A stretch of DNA of 64,000 bases from the human T2T-CHM13v2.0 reference genome, Homo sapiens: NCBI RefSeq assembly GCF_009914755.1, contig NC_060931.1; one strand, 5' to 3'. The notes beneath the pieces were generated by a model that saw nothing but the letters and a program-made list of their open reading frames with translations, did not search any database and was not told where the DNA came from. Of the stretch, positions 1 to 12,932 are shown piece by piece. Made by a program: the position numbers and the translations under genes. Each line of letters starts with the position of its first letter. Positions within the stretch are counted from its first letter, which is position 1.

Positions 1-778
1 TTTGTAAAGAAGGTATCCTCTGTACTCTCCCAGGGGACATAGTTTGGGAGTAACTGAGCATGACTTAAGTGATAAGTCTACTCTAGGATCCCAGTCTCCA
101 TAGTCTTTTGTAGACTTTCTTCTAGAGTGTACCAAGGAAGTTCTACAACTTCAGTTTCATTTGTTGTAGACCAACCAGGCAAACTGGTAGAGCCACTCCC
201 ATTGCTTGAGCTAATACATTGATCCAGACTATGTTTTTGGCCTCCCTGCTGCCTTACACTTCAGCAAATTCTTCACAAATTAAGCTTTCTATTGGGTCTC
301 CTCAACTATTAACTTTAATTATTACCTCTCCATGAAACTGCTTATAGCTTTGCTAAGTTTTTCTTTTACCTTGAAGAGGTCCTTTGGTTGTGACACACCT
401 GTACCCAAAGCCTAGCCTCAAAATCACCAAATGCTACCAAAGGAAATAAGATGCTTATTGTTAGCTCATGTCTGAATGGTGATCCTATCTCTGGACTATT
501 AGCTCATCAAGACTTCTTTTCCTGCACAGCTTTCTGATACATTTAAAAATTATGAACTTTATACCACAAATTTTGGTCTTGCTTAAACTTATTCCATCTT
601 ACTCAGAAGCAGTGCTCCCCATTTGGTTATACCAATTAAGAATTGTGTATATTTAGTTGGAACTCCTTGATTCCTTGATGTTTTAGAGTTGAGAAGAGAG
701 TTGGTTATTGTTGAAATCTTGAAAACCCAGAATACAAGCCTCTTTATTTCGGGACACTACATTCTCTAGTTAACCTGA

Positions 779-1211
<433 letters not shown>

Positions 1212-1468
1212 AACTTGTCTTGTTTTATTACAAATGTATTGATATATCTTGTCTACTAATACTCAGTTGCCATTCTGTACATTGTTGAAGGTTTATTTGT
1301 AATAAATGTCTTTGAAGGTAAATAATGGATGTGATCAGTCTACCACTGTATCTAGATATATTCTCACAGACATTATAAAATAATTTATATAATTTTTAAA
1401 ATTAGAATAAACTGCTCTGATATTAAGTTTTTAAGTGAATATTTAATGCTTCTTGACATTGAAAAGTA

Positions 1469-1928
1469 TGTTGTGGAAATAAAGACCACCAAATGAAAAC
1501 AAATGAAGACTAATTATTCAGAGCTTTCTATCATAAGGGAATCAGCCACCATCACTTGGACTTGTCAGAGACTCAAGGGATTTACCAGACAGGGAAGCTT
1601 TGTAGTGAAGAAGAAAAAAAAAACAAAAAAAGCTTTAGATATGCTCTGATTGGAGATTGTTGGCATGGGGAAGCTGGAAGTGGATTAACTAGAAGTGGGG
1701 CATCCTGTCACTTGGTATAGGGAGTGTATTTGACTTTCACTTGTTTATCCTGAGTTGGGAGCAGGGGAAAAATTTAGGGAAGCTGACAGTCATTGAAGAA
1801 AAGCTGTTCACTCTGGGATGAGTGCTGCAGAGGTCTGGTTCGCCACAGGTTGGCTCAGATTATGGGTCAAAGTTTTATTGTCATTTATGCCCTGGCTATT
1901 GCCCATTGTACATTCAATTTCTCCATAT
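1469..1928 (-). mobile_element. Solo ERV1-class LTR (MER89/MER90-like)
   Basis: Begins tgttgtggaaataaa; reverse strand reads tatggagaaattgaatgtacaatgggcaatagccagg...aataaaactttgacccat, resembling the recalled MER89/90 start. Confidence 0.6.
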
Positions 1929-3139
1929 ACAAAGAGTAAGATGTTTTTTCAGTAAAAATTTGGTCAAAATATTTCTTTCAAAGCTTATATCAACAAGTAG
2001 TGAACTGAATACATGAACCATTACACATTGCAGAGAATCCCACAACCCACCTTCCCACACAGTAATTTTTTTGAAATTTTCCTTCTAAACTAAAATGAAT
2101 GAAAGGCTAATAACTATTCAAATATTACTTATAGTTAAAGCAAAGTTCCCAGTATGTTATTGCATTACATTAAACAACCTTAGCTTTTTAAGTTGATAAG
2201 TAATATTTGATTTTATTTTGTAAATATTTGATAGATTGAAAATGTCCCAAACCCATTAAGCCTGCACAGGAAGTCAAATCATTGGCTTTCAAATTTTGTT
2301 GTGCTTTTTTTTTCATTATTCTTTGCTATTCCACCTCACCAAAACTCGTATAATGCCTCCTCATTTTTGTCTGCTATATTGACAGTGTGTTCATCATCCA
2401 TGCCCAAATCCATTTATTACATTGTCACTGAGTACTTTTTAAAAAATGCTGATTTATTTAAGTCAGAATAACTGTCAATTAATGTCAAACTTGGTATTGT
2501 GCCAAGACATATAACGAGAAATAAAATATTGCCTGTTTGTAATAATCTCCTAAGTAAGCTGAGAATATTGAATTAAATATAAATTAGTTTGACAATTTGG
2601 CCTTAATTTAGCAAGAAGACACCTTTCAATAGTAAAGTATGAAGAGAAATAATACTTTATAAATGATGGCTTTCTCATGGTTTGTTGATTCTAATTTTAT
2701 TTATTATGACTTACAGAAAACATTTTGTAAATACTGATGACATTTTGCATTTACCTCTTATTAACTTATGTAACAACTGCCTTTTATCATGGGATGGGGG
2801 GACTACCAGACTAATATGATAAAATTAAAATATAGAGAAAAAAGATACAGAACAGGTAGCAATCATCTTTTTACTACCCCCACCCAATATATGCTATAGA
2901 TGCTATAGAACATGCCACATTCTTGATTACAGGGTCTTTAACCATAGTTCCTACTGTCTGGGCAATGATCTACATGAAACTGACCTATATCCTGCCCTGG
3001 GTTACAATTGGCTGGACTCATGTTCATTCCTGACACTAGGCCAATCAGTTCTCTCCCATGGGAATTTTTAGATCAGAAATTAAGAATTATAGTTAGTGTC
3101 TGTTGCAGAATAAAAGGAAAATTATATATGGTAATCCAG

Positions 3140-3490
3140 TGTATGTAGAAAAAAACAGTTGGCAAATTCCATTTTTATTCTTGACAAAAACTTTCAGTAA
3201 ACTAGAAATAGAAAAATATTTTCTCAATCTGATGAAGAGCATCAAAAATAAAAATAAACAGAGTTAACATCATCATTAATGATAAAACACTGAAACCAAC
3301 AAAATATTATTCACTTACATTCTTCTTTGCACTGACATTTTAGGCAGGAAAATATAGAAGGTGGAGGGAAATCAAAGAAGAAAATGGATTGAAAAAGAAA
3401 GAGTAAAATTTTTACCAAAGGTACAGAAGGAGCTATATTATATTTGAGTGTTCTATTTTTTAAACTGGTTGGCAGATACAAAAAGTTGGT
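3140..3490 (+). mobile_element. Old L1 (L1M) ORF2 fragment
   Basis: aaaaactttcagtaaactagaaatagaaaaatattttctcaatctgatgaagagcatc resembles degenerate L1 RT-region sequence. Confidence 0.55.
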
Positions 3491-4329
3491 TTTCTTATTA
3501 TACTTTAATGTATACATGTAATATTATAAACTCTTTAAAATTAATGTATGTTTTAAAAATAATATATAATCCAAGTGAACCAAATCAACAGAGTACTCAA
3601 TTTGGATAAAGTTATGATAATAACCTTAGATTAAGATAATTACTTATTTTAGGGAGGTAAGCATTAAATTTCATTGTAATGACCACATGTGAAACTTCAG
3701 CTCCATACAGAAGGTGAGATTTCGTTTGTTCTATCTGGTACTCAGACAATAAAGTAACTGGAGGAGCTCACACTTCTTTCTGTTTTACAAATTCCCAAAT
3801 GAAAAATTTCAATCCAAATGTCTACATTTCATACCTCTCATCTACTCCATAATTTCAGAAAGGAAGACTTGGCAAGTTGGAAATATCAAGGGAATACTGT
3901 TTAAGAAACTGGTGCCTCCTTCAGTATGTCGCTTAACAGTATGCAAATGATTTTACAGTAATACCACCAGGCCTCTCAGAGTTCACAATTTCCATTCTTT
4001 CATCTGAAAGTACACCACAGCTCTGCTAACAGTTTACACTAGTCTTCAAAATAGACTGGGATAGACTTTCTTTTTCTTTTTTCTTTTTTTCTTTTTGAGC
4101 CTAGCTGCTACAGAAAAGATAGACTTTAATAACCAGTATTTTAGAAAGCTTTACCACAAATTCTGTTCTTAGGTACATTTAGGTAAACAGTGTGATTTAA
4201 GGGGCACAAAGGAACTCACCCCCCAAAATGACATTTTTACTTCAGTTTAAATAAATGTGAAATATCCATTGGTACTACCAATGTGCTTAAAAACTTCATT
4301 GTACCCTTTAGTTTCAAGAAGAATAAATC

Positions 4330-4560
4330 TAGAGAAATTGAAGCTGAAAGAGATATGTAAAGGAAAGACAGAGAGAGAAATAGAGATTACCAAAGAAAGA
4401 GTGAAAGGGAAGGAGGGACGGAATGCTAGAAAGACAAAGGAAGCAAAAGGAAATCAGAGAGAGAGAGAGACAGAAAGAGAGAGGGAGAGAGAGAGTTTCA
4501 GATACCAAGAGAGTAAAACTGAGAGAGAACAAGAAAGTACAAGAGAGCACTAGGAAAGAA
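4330..4560. repeat. GA-rich low-complexity / (GA)n tract
   Basis: Purine-rich run including gagagagagacagaaagagagagggagagagagag. Confidence 0.8.
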
Positions 4561-5332
4561 ACTTTTCTTGGTAGACACATATGCACATATGGTATGTATA
4601 TATGGTAGACACAGAAAAGAAACTTTATATGTAGTATCTTGTTAAACAAACATACAAAATGAAAGCCAGGCATGGAAATAATTGAAAGTAAATAAGAAGC
4701 TTATTCTATCTATTTCCTGGATAAGAGAGACTCTCATCTTTATCTTCCTGAAGATACTTGCTATATTTTGTTTTTCTCCTTACAGATTGACTTCTTTTTA
4801 TTCATCCACTCACAAATGGACATCAAAACAATGCTGCTTTTAATACATGATTCTCCTTGACTGTTTTTTCCATTGTGCTCTGCAAAGCTAGTTAATTCCT
4901 TCTCTGATCCTTCAATCCTAATACCCAAAGAGTTAGTCTGATTGGCTAAACCTTAATCAATTCCCCACCCTGACCCAATTAGGCAAGGCTGCATAGGGGA
5001 AGGGTCTTATGATATAATAAGTCACAGATAAGACTGATTTTCTTAGAAGTGGGATATGAGATAGGCCATGACCTCAGAATTCACCTGGAGGAATGAATAA
5101 AGATGGTGGAACTTCGAGAAAATATAGAGAAACAATTGAATAAAATGAGAAAACCAATGAGTGATCAGAAAGAGAAATTTAATACATTGAAATAAGTTTT
5201 AAAAGCACAGAAGTTCTAGGCCCAGAAAATACAATGAATGAAATAAAATTACAATAGAGAAATTAAGTAGAGCAGGATTGACTGAATAGAAGAAAGAATA
5301 TGTGAAACTCAAAGACAGATTATTTGAAAATA

Positions 5333-6334
5333 CAGTCATGTGTCACTTAACAATGGGGATACATTCTGAGGTACGCATTGTTAGGTGATTTTGTTATTGT
5401 GCAAATATCATAGAGGGTACTTACACAAACCTAGATGGTATAGACTACTACAAACCTAGGCTATATGGTGTAGTCCATTGCTCCTAAGCTATAAACATGT
5501 ACAGCATGTTATTGTACTGAATACTGTAGGCAATTGTAAACAATGGCAACTATTTGTGTCTAAACATAGAAAAGGTATAGTAAAAATATAATATAAGAGA
5601 TAAAAAATGGTACACCTCTATAAGTCACTTACTGTGAGTAGAGCTTGCTGGAATGGAAGTTGCTCTGGGTGAGACATGAATGAGAAGTAAGTGAATGTGA
5701 AGAACATTATTATCAACTACTGTAGACTTTATAAAGAGTACATTTAGTCTATGCTGAGCATATTTTTTAAAAATGTCTTTCTTCAATAATAAATTAACTT
5801 TAACTTCCAACCTTTTTGTTATAAATTAAGTCACAAACACAAACATTGGCCTAGGACTACACAGAATCAGGATAATCAATATTACTCCTTCCACCTCCAT
5901 ATTTTGACACATTGTAAGATCATCAGAGGCAATGGAGCTATCATCTCCTATGAAAACAATTTCTTATTCTGGAGTACCTCATAAAAAACCTGCCTGAGGC
6001 TGTTTTATACATTTAACTTTTTTAAGTAAGTAGAACACGTGTACTCTATCAAAACTATAGTATAGCAAATACATAAAGAAGTAACATGATTGTTTATAAT
6101 TATTATCAAGCATTATGTACAGTACATAATTGTATGTGCTATCCTTTTATACAATTAGCAGTACATTAGGTTTGTTTACACCAGAAACACCACAAATACG
6201 TATGTAATGCATTGCACTATGGTGTTATATGATGGCTATGATATCACTTAATTTTTCAGCTCCATTATATTTTTATGGGACCATTGTCATATATGCAATT
6301 CAAAATTGATAGAAATATTATGTGTGAATGACCG
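5333..6334. mobile_element. Tigger3 (Golem)-family TcMar DNA transposon, non-autonomous
   Basis: Ends cagtcatgtgtcacttaac ... ttatgtgtgaatgaccg, flanked by TA at 5331-32 and 6335-36; internal acacaaacctagatggtatag motif. Confidence 0.85.
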
Positions 6335-6379
6335 TATGAAGTCAGAAATACATATATGTATATATATTCTTGCCATTAC

Positions 6380-6692
6380 TTTTTTTGCTTTTTTTTTTTT
6401 TTTTTTTGAGATGGAGTCTCACTCTGTTGCCCAGGCTAGAGTGCAGTGGTGTGATCTCAGCTCGCTGCTAGCTCCACCTCCCAGGTTCATGCCATTCTCC
6501 TGGCTCAGCCTCCTAAGTAGCTGGGACTGCAGGCGCCCACCACCACGCCCAGCTAATTTTGTTTTTGTATTTTTAGTAGAGACGAGGTTTCACCGTGTTA
6601 GCCAGGATGGTCTTGATTTCCTGACCTCGTGATCTGCCTGCCTCGGCCTCCCAAAGTGCTAAGATTACAGGCATGAGCCACCCTGCCCAGCC
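6380..6692 (-). mobile_element. Alu SINE (AluY/Sc-like) inserted in MADE1
   Basis: Poly-T plus antisense Alu; TSD cttgccatta at 6369-6378 and 6693-6702. Confidence 0.95.
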
Positions 6693-6737
6693 CTTGCCAT
6701 TATTTTTAATGCCCAAAACCACAATTGCTATTGCACC

Positions 6738-6743
<6 letters not shown>
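6693..6743. mobile_element. Partial MADE1 (Hsmar1-derived MITE)
   Basis: ttgccattatttttaatgcccaaaaccacaattgctattgcaccaac matches the centre and one arm of MADE1. Confidence 0.7.

Positions 6744-6777
<34 letters not shown>
6741..6777. repeat. (TA)n microsatellite
   Basis: Pure tatata run. Confidence 0.95.
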
Positions 6778-6780
<3 letters not shown>

Positions 6781-7067
6781 TGAAGAAAGCTTATGGGATT
6801 TATAGGACAGCATCAAAAGAACAAATGCTTGAATCATAGAAGTGTAACAGTAAAAAAAGTAAAAATATACTTAGCTTATTTAAAGAAATAGTAGTAGAAA
6901 AATTTTCAAACCTGGAAAGATGTAACTATTCAAATACAAGAAGGTCATTAATCTTCAACCAGATTCAGTTCAAACAAGCCTAGCCAAAGACATATTATAA
7001 TCAAACTGTCTACGGTAAATGACAAAGAGAAGATTCTGAAAGCAGCGAAGTATAAGAAGAAGCAATA

Positions 7068-7114
7068 GGAAGAAGGAGAAGGAGAAGGAGGAGGAGGAGG
7101 AGGAGGAGGAGGAG
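7068..7114. repeat. (GGA/GAA)n trinucleotide repeat
   Basis: ggagaaggagaaggaggaggaggagg..., at an internal deletion of L1 ORF1. Confidence 0.85.
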
Positions 7115-7505
7115 ACACAGACTTTCCCAGACAAACCAAACCTGAAGGAGTTCCTCATCAACAGAATTGTCTTTTAAAAAATGCTAAAGAGAATTCTTGA
7201 AACTGAGTGAAAAAAATAATACACAAAAACATATGAATGTATAAAACTTATAAAAGTAAGTGTGCAGTCAAATTTAGAATATTCTAATACTCTAATGGTG
7301 GTATATAAAACACTTGTATCTTTAGTATGAAGATTAAAAGATAAAATTACTAAAAATAACAATAGCAACAATAATTTAAAGGATGTGTGATATGAAAATA
7401 TTAATATAAATAAACTAGTAAAAACACTTAAATTGTGATAACAGAAATTAAAAATGTTGGGGTGAGGGAAGTTGAGTAAAAGTGTAGAAATTTTTTGTTT
7501 GTTTT

Positions 7506-7508
<3 letters not shown>

Positions 7509-7538
<30 letters not shown>
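7509..7538. repeat. (TG)n microsatellite
   Basis: Pure tgtgtg run. Confidence 0.95.
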
Positions 7539-7539
<1 letters not shown>

Positions 7540-9164
7540 CCAAAGGTTAGTTGTTGTCAGCTTAAAATAACATGTTAAAACTACAACAGTTTTTTTGTAA
7601 GACTTGTGATAACCATAAAACAAAAATTATAATAGATACATAAAATATAAAAATCAAGGAATCAAAACATAACACTGGAGAAAAATCACTTAACCATAAA
7701 AGCAGACAACAAGAGAGGAAAAAAGACAAAAATGATCTATGAAACTACCAGAAAATAATTAACAAAATGGAACTAGTAAGTTTTTGCCTATTAATAGTTA
7801 TCTTGAATGTAAATGGACCAAACTCTTCAATCAAAAGACAGAGAGTGGCTGAATGGATATAAAAACCAGACCCAACTATATTCTGCCTACAAGAGGCTCA
7901 TGTTAAGTGTACATAAAAAAGTGAAAGGAGGCAAAAAAGTTATTCCATACAAATGGAAACTAAAAAACAGCAGGTGTGGCTATGCTTATATTAAATAAAA
8001 TAGACTTTAAGTCAAACGCTGTAATATAAGACAAAGATGATTATGATATAATGATAAAGGGGTCAATTCTTCCACAGACTATGACAGTTATAAATAAATA
8101 CATATCCACTGAACATCAGAACACCTAAATATGTGAAGAAAATATTAATATATCTAAGGAGAGAGATAGAATGCAAATGCAACAACAGAAGACTTCAAAA
8201 CCCCTTTTTCATCAACGAACAGATCATTCAGAAAGTAAACCAACATCAAATCTAAACTATACACTGGACCAAATAGACTTAACAGACACATACCGAACCA
8301 TTCCATCCAGCAGGTGCAGTGTACAAATTCTTCTGAACAGCACATAAAACATTCTTCAGTATAGATCACATTTTAGGCCACAAAACAAGTCCTATAAATT
8401 TAAAAAGACTGAAATTATATTAAGTATTTTTCCTGACTACAACAATATTAAACTAGAAATCAATAACAGGAGAATCTTAAAAAATTCATAAATACTTGGA
8501 AATTAAACAACATGTTACTGAACAACTAATCGGTCAATAAAGAAATTTAAAGGAAATTTTTAAATATTTATTGAGACAAATAAAATTGGAAACAATATAC
8601 TAACACCTGTGGGACACAGCAAAAGAAATTCAAAGATGAAATTTTATAGGAATAAATACCTACATGAGAAAAGAAAAATGATCTCAAATAAACAACCTAA
8701 CATTGCATCTCAAGGAACTAGAAAAACCAGAACAAACTAAGCCCAATGTGGGTAGAAGGAAGGAAATAATAAAGATCAGAGCAGAGATAAATGAAATAAA
8801 TATTAGAAAAATAATACAAATATTAAAAAAACTAAGTTGGTTCTTTGAAAAGATAAACCAAATCAATAAACCTTTGGCCTAAGGAAAAAAAAGAGGACTC
8901 AAAAATACAAAATCAGTAACAAATAAGGAAACATTACAACTGATAGAACAGAAATGCAAAAGACCGTAAGACACTATTATGAGCAATTATGCACCAACAA
9001 ATTGGATAACCTAGAAGAAATGAATAAATTTCTGATGCATACAACCTAACAAAATACATTATGATAAAATAGAAAATCTGAATAGAACAAGAAGAAGTAA
9101 GGAGATTGAATTAGTAAAAAATTTTCCATCAAGAAAAGGCCAGAGCTGGAGGGCTTCACTGCTG

Positions 9165-10087
9165 CTTTTTTTTTTTTTTTTGCATTTAAATCTTTTAATT
9201 CACTTCATCCTGTATTTTAAAATAAATGTTTTCCATATAGACTTTCCCCCTTGGGGGGGAAAAAAAATTCAGGATCTTAGGTTCCAGGCAGTTCAAAAAC
9301 AGCCAAGCGGTTCTTTTTTTTCGACCACAATACCACAATAGCAGAACTTAAGAATCGGGATATGAAAAGGGAGGGGTGGTCCTGGCAGTGGCCCCTGGCC
9401 GGCGGGAATACACAGCAACACCCAGGCAGGGGCAGCGGGTGCCCCCATGCCAGCCTGCCCATCCCTGTAATGACAGCAGGGCAGGAGCTGCAGCTGTGGC
9501 CCTGGGGGTAGGTGGGCTCTGAGGCTGCAAACACCCTGAGTGCCAGTGGTCCCAGAGGGGGTGAGGCCTCTATCTGTACCTTTATTCCAGCCAGCCTTCT
9601 GGCACAGGGCTGGGCCCACATCCTGGCCTCTGCATCTGGATCAGGGCTGTTGATGGTCGGCCTGGTCACTCTGGCCAGTGCTCACACTGGAAGTCCATCA
9701 CAGCTCACACTGGGAGTCCATCACAGGCGAAGTCACCTCCTTCCCAACACCCCACGCACGTGTCATCTCCAGTGAGCAGACGTCCAGGCTTCCCGAAGCT
9801 TCCTGGCTGGAAACCGCGCAGGGCTGGCAGCGCCCTCTCCACCAAGGGACACAGCAGCGGCGCCTCCTCCGGGGCCGGGGGCCCCATCCCGCGGCTCGCG
9901 CGGCCAGAACGCCCCAGGTCAGAGCCTGCCCCCACCCCGCACCCGGAGGCCAGCAGCCCAGTCCCCTAGGCCGCGCAGCGCCAGGGAGAGCGAGGCTGCA
10001 GGGCGAGGCCTGGTGAGGCGCTCGACAACTGGCCGGGAGGAGAAGTCAAGCTGCCCACCCGCCATGGCAGCCTCCGGCGCACGCAGA
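9165..10087 (-). pseudogene. SNHG7: Processed retrocopy of lncRNA SNHG7 (small nucleolar RNA host gene 7)
   Basis: Poly-T at 9166-9181; ATTAAA signal on the minus strand (9194-9199); 12-bp TSD gcttcactgctg at 9153-9164 and 10088-10099; GC-rich body. Minus strand contains GTGACTTCGCCTGTGATGGA and GGAATAAAGGTACAGATAGAGGCC, which I recall from SNHG7 RNA. The retrocopy structure is seen directly; the parent identity is from memory. Confidence 0.8.
9750..10087. promoter_or_regulatory. Small CpG-island-like segment carried by the retrocopy 5' end
   Basis: Roughly 30 CpGs in ~335 bp by hand count, in an otherwise CpG-poor window. Confidence 0.65.
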
Positions 10088-10608
10088 GCTTCACTGCTGA
10101 ATTCTATCAAGCACTTAAAGAAGAAACAACACTAACTCTTCTTAAGCTCATTCAAAAATTTGAAGAGGAGAGAATACTTCTATACTCATATTACAAGGTC
10201 AGCTTTACCTGATGTTAAACCAGGCACAAGGAAACTATACAAAAAAGAAAACTACAGGCCAATATCCCTGATTAACACAGAAGCAAAAATCCTTAACAAT
10301 ATACTAGCAAACTGAATTCAATAGCACATTTAAAATATCATTTATCATTGATTCATACCAGCGATGCCAGAAAGGTTCAACATACGTAAATTAATAAATA
10401 TGATACATCAAATTAACAAAATGAAGGACAAAAATAGAAAAAAATAATCCTCAGATTTTTATAGAACCACAAAAGACCTCAAATAGCCAAATCAATTTTG
10501 AGGAAAAAGAACAAAGCTGGAAGCATCACACTACCTGATTTCAAAATACACTACAAAGCTATAGTAACCAAGACAGCATTGCACTGGCATAAAAAGAAAT
10601 ATATCAAC

Positions 10609-11039
10609 TGTTAAAGAAAACTCAATATAGCCTGAGAAGGACTCCTTACTTCTGTATTTGAGTCCTTGAGGATGAACTGCAACCTAGCTTAATAGTCAGG
10701 CAAAATTGAAAACCTAACTTAATAGTATACACCTGTAACAACAGCTGAGTGTTGGCCAATCCCAGCGGCCATACTTCAACCACTCATAGACTGCTGAATG
10801 TTCAAACTGGGTTCAAATAAGGCAAACGCCCAGCTGTAACCAATCTCACTGTTTTTGCACCTCACTTCCGATTGTTGGAAGTCACTTTACCTTTTTGTCT
10901 ATAAACTTGCTCTGCTAGGGAGGCACACCTGGAGCCTCTGTGAATCTGCTCTGATTCTGGGGGCTGCCCGATTTGTGAATCGTTCATTGCTCAATTAAAC
11001 TCCTTTAAATTTAATTTGGCTGACGTTTTTCTTTTATCA
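10609..11039 (+). mobile_element. MER57-family 5' LTR (ERV1)
   Basis: TG...CA ends; gttcaaataaggcaaacgcc and gctgcccgatttgtgaatcgttcattgctcaattaaac motifs; two CCAAT boxes and a TATAAA near 10900. Confidence 0.88.
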
Positions 11040-11041
11040 GA

Positions 11042-11059
11042 TGGTGTCAGAAGCGGAAT
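11042..11059 (+). promoter_or_regulatory. Retroviral primer-binding site complementary to tRNA-Leu(CAA)
   Basis: tggtgtcagaagcggaat versus expected TGGTGTCAGAAGTGGGAT (16/18), 2 nt after the LTR end. Confidence 0.8.
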
Positions 11060-12856
11060 CCGAAGTGGAGCTTCTAGAGATACCCAGGAGCGCTGAGTGA
11101 ACATTCAAGGTACCTGCAGGACCCACTTGTATCCATTGATCTCTCAGAGCTGATGGGGATCATGGGTAAGGTCCCTCTTGGATTTTGGAGCTCCACAGAT
11201 TTGTGTTTTGAGCTCTCTGAGTTTCTTTGAGCAAATTTCTGATCCAAACTGGGTTTGGAGTTGAGACAGAAACTGGACTGGGTCCAGGAATGGAATTCAT
11301 CTGGGAATTAACTGGCTTGGATCCAGTTAGAGGCCACTTACATCTGACTGGTTTGGAAAGGAACTGGTAGTAAGCAGTGATATTGCAGGGGTTGTAGAAT
11401 TTGGCTTTCGAAAATTCACAGGGAATGTTTTGCTCTACCCCCTTTGTTTCATTTTTCTTGCATGCTTAAGTAGAAAAAAAGTCATTGGCTGAGTTAATCA
11501 AGAGACCCTGAGAGTAAAGCCAATATTTTAGGTAAAAATGGGATCCTTAATTTCTGGAAAACTGAGCTTCTTCTGGGTTGTACATTAGGCCTGGGAGGCA
11601 GCAAAGTCTTATAGATGGCAAAATCTTGCTAAAGATAACTTACAGTGGAATGTTCCGAATGAACAACAATGCACTGAAGTACATTTAAAAATGAGGGCTC
11701 TCGGTAAAGTCCCTTTTGGCTAAGAACAGGTTTGGCACTACAGGATGTCAACTGCTGTTCTCTTTGGAATAATCTGCTTTGCACTCTTTGCTGACAACTA
11801 TGGCTGACAGAATTAGGCATATACAGAATAGGGGGGCATGGGGAGCTTCTTCCTCTCCAAAAAGGGGAAACTTGGGAGCTGATGGGACTACTGGAAAAAA
11901 AAAATCCCTTCATGACAGCAGCTGCAGCTGCCTGAACTTTTCAGTATTGCTGAAATGAGTGGGTCTTTCTCTGGCCTGCCTGAGCATTTCACCTTCCCCA
12001 CCCCGCCGCAAGCAATGCTTTTCTCTCTCTTCTTGCCCTTTTTTATCTTTTCTATTACTCATGGCAACTATTTTGCCCAGAGACCAGGTGTTGAAACTCC
12101 TAGCCGGAGGTTTGTTTAAAGATGATGGGGCCCATCTGAGGGAAAATTTAAGCCTTGCCAGTTCGATATTGGGTGCTAAGCAGAGTAGCTAATAATTTAT
12201 GTTTTATCACATGTATTTTGCTCTGGACAGAATGAAAAAAGTTAATTTTCCTTTATATTGTGGTTTGGTCCCCTGGGTGATGGTGTGGTAAGCTGGGTCA
12301 CTGGGGCTGCTCAGGAAAAGGGAACCCAGAAGCCTGGCATACCGGCGTAAAGGTAAGAGAATTTCTTACCAGTCAGATTGCTGGCTTCTCTCTCTCTGTG
12401 CAAACGGTTGAATGGATGGTAAAAGTCACTGTTTATCTCTTCTGTAAAGTTTTGATTAATGAGAAAAAGAATTCGGAGGCTAGTCTTAAACTGATGTATT
12501 TGTATTTGTGGTATGAATTCGTTTTTCTGAGTCAAGGAGTACCGTAGAATAAAACCTGGGCTTAGGAACCCAAAAGCTTGCTGCTCAAGATGGTCCAGCA
12601 AGCTGGTCAATGACAAACTTTGCTGCAGGTCCCTGAAACGAACAAAAAGCGGGATGGGTTCTCCATCTTGTTTTACGTCCTTGAGAGCTTGACCTCGTAA
12701 CCATGTGGCAGTACTTTGTGTTGGTCTCTGCCTTCCAGGGAACAGGAATTTTAGGGTTTATGCCATAGCTCTAAAAATTATCTTGAGTAGTTAAAAGCCT
12801 TTGCAAAATCAAAATTAACTACTCTAGATTTCTTCTGGGAAGCTCAATAAAGACTG

Positions 12857-12932
12857 TCCTGTGCTGTAGCTCAGGAGCCAAGATTCTGGCCATTTCACAA
12901 CAGTGGTCCGGGTTTGATTCCCTGCTTAGGAA
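12857..12932 (+). pseudogene. Degenerate tRNA-Glu(TTC)-like segment embedded in the ERV internal region
   Basis: agattctggccatttcacaacagtggtccgggtttgattccctgcttaggaa aligns to tRNA-Glu GGATTCGGCGCTTTCACCGCCGCGGCCCGGGTTCGATTCCCGGTCAGGGAA; B-box-like ggtttgattcc at 12911-12921. Confidence 0.5.

Noticed and set aside
4257-4673. Charged and hydrophobic ORFs on both strands
   Set aside because: Artefacts of the GA-rich low-complexity tract
9277-10110. Cluster of overlapping 60-130 aa ORFs
   Set aside because: Expected in GC-rich DNA; the apparent parent is a non-coding RNA and no protein family is recognisable
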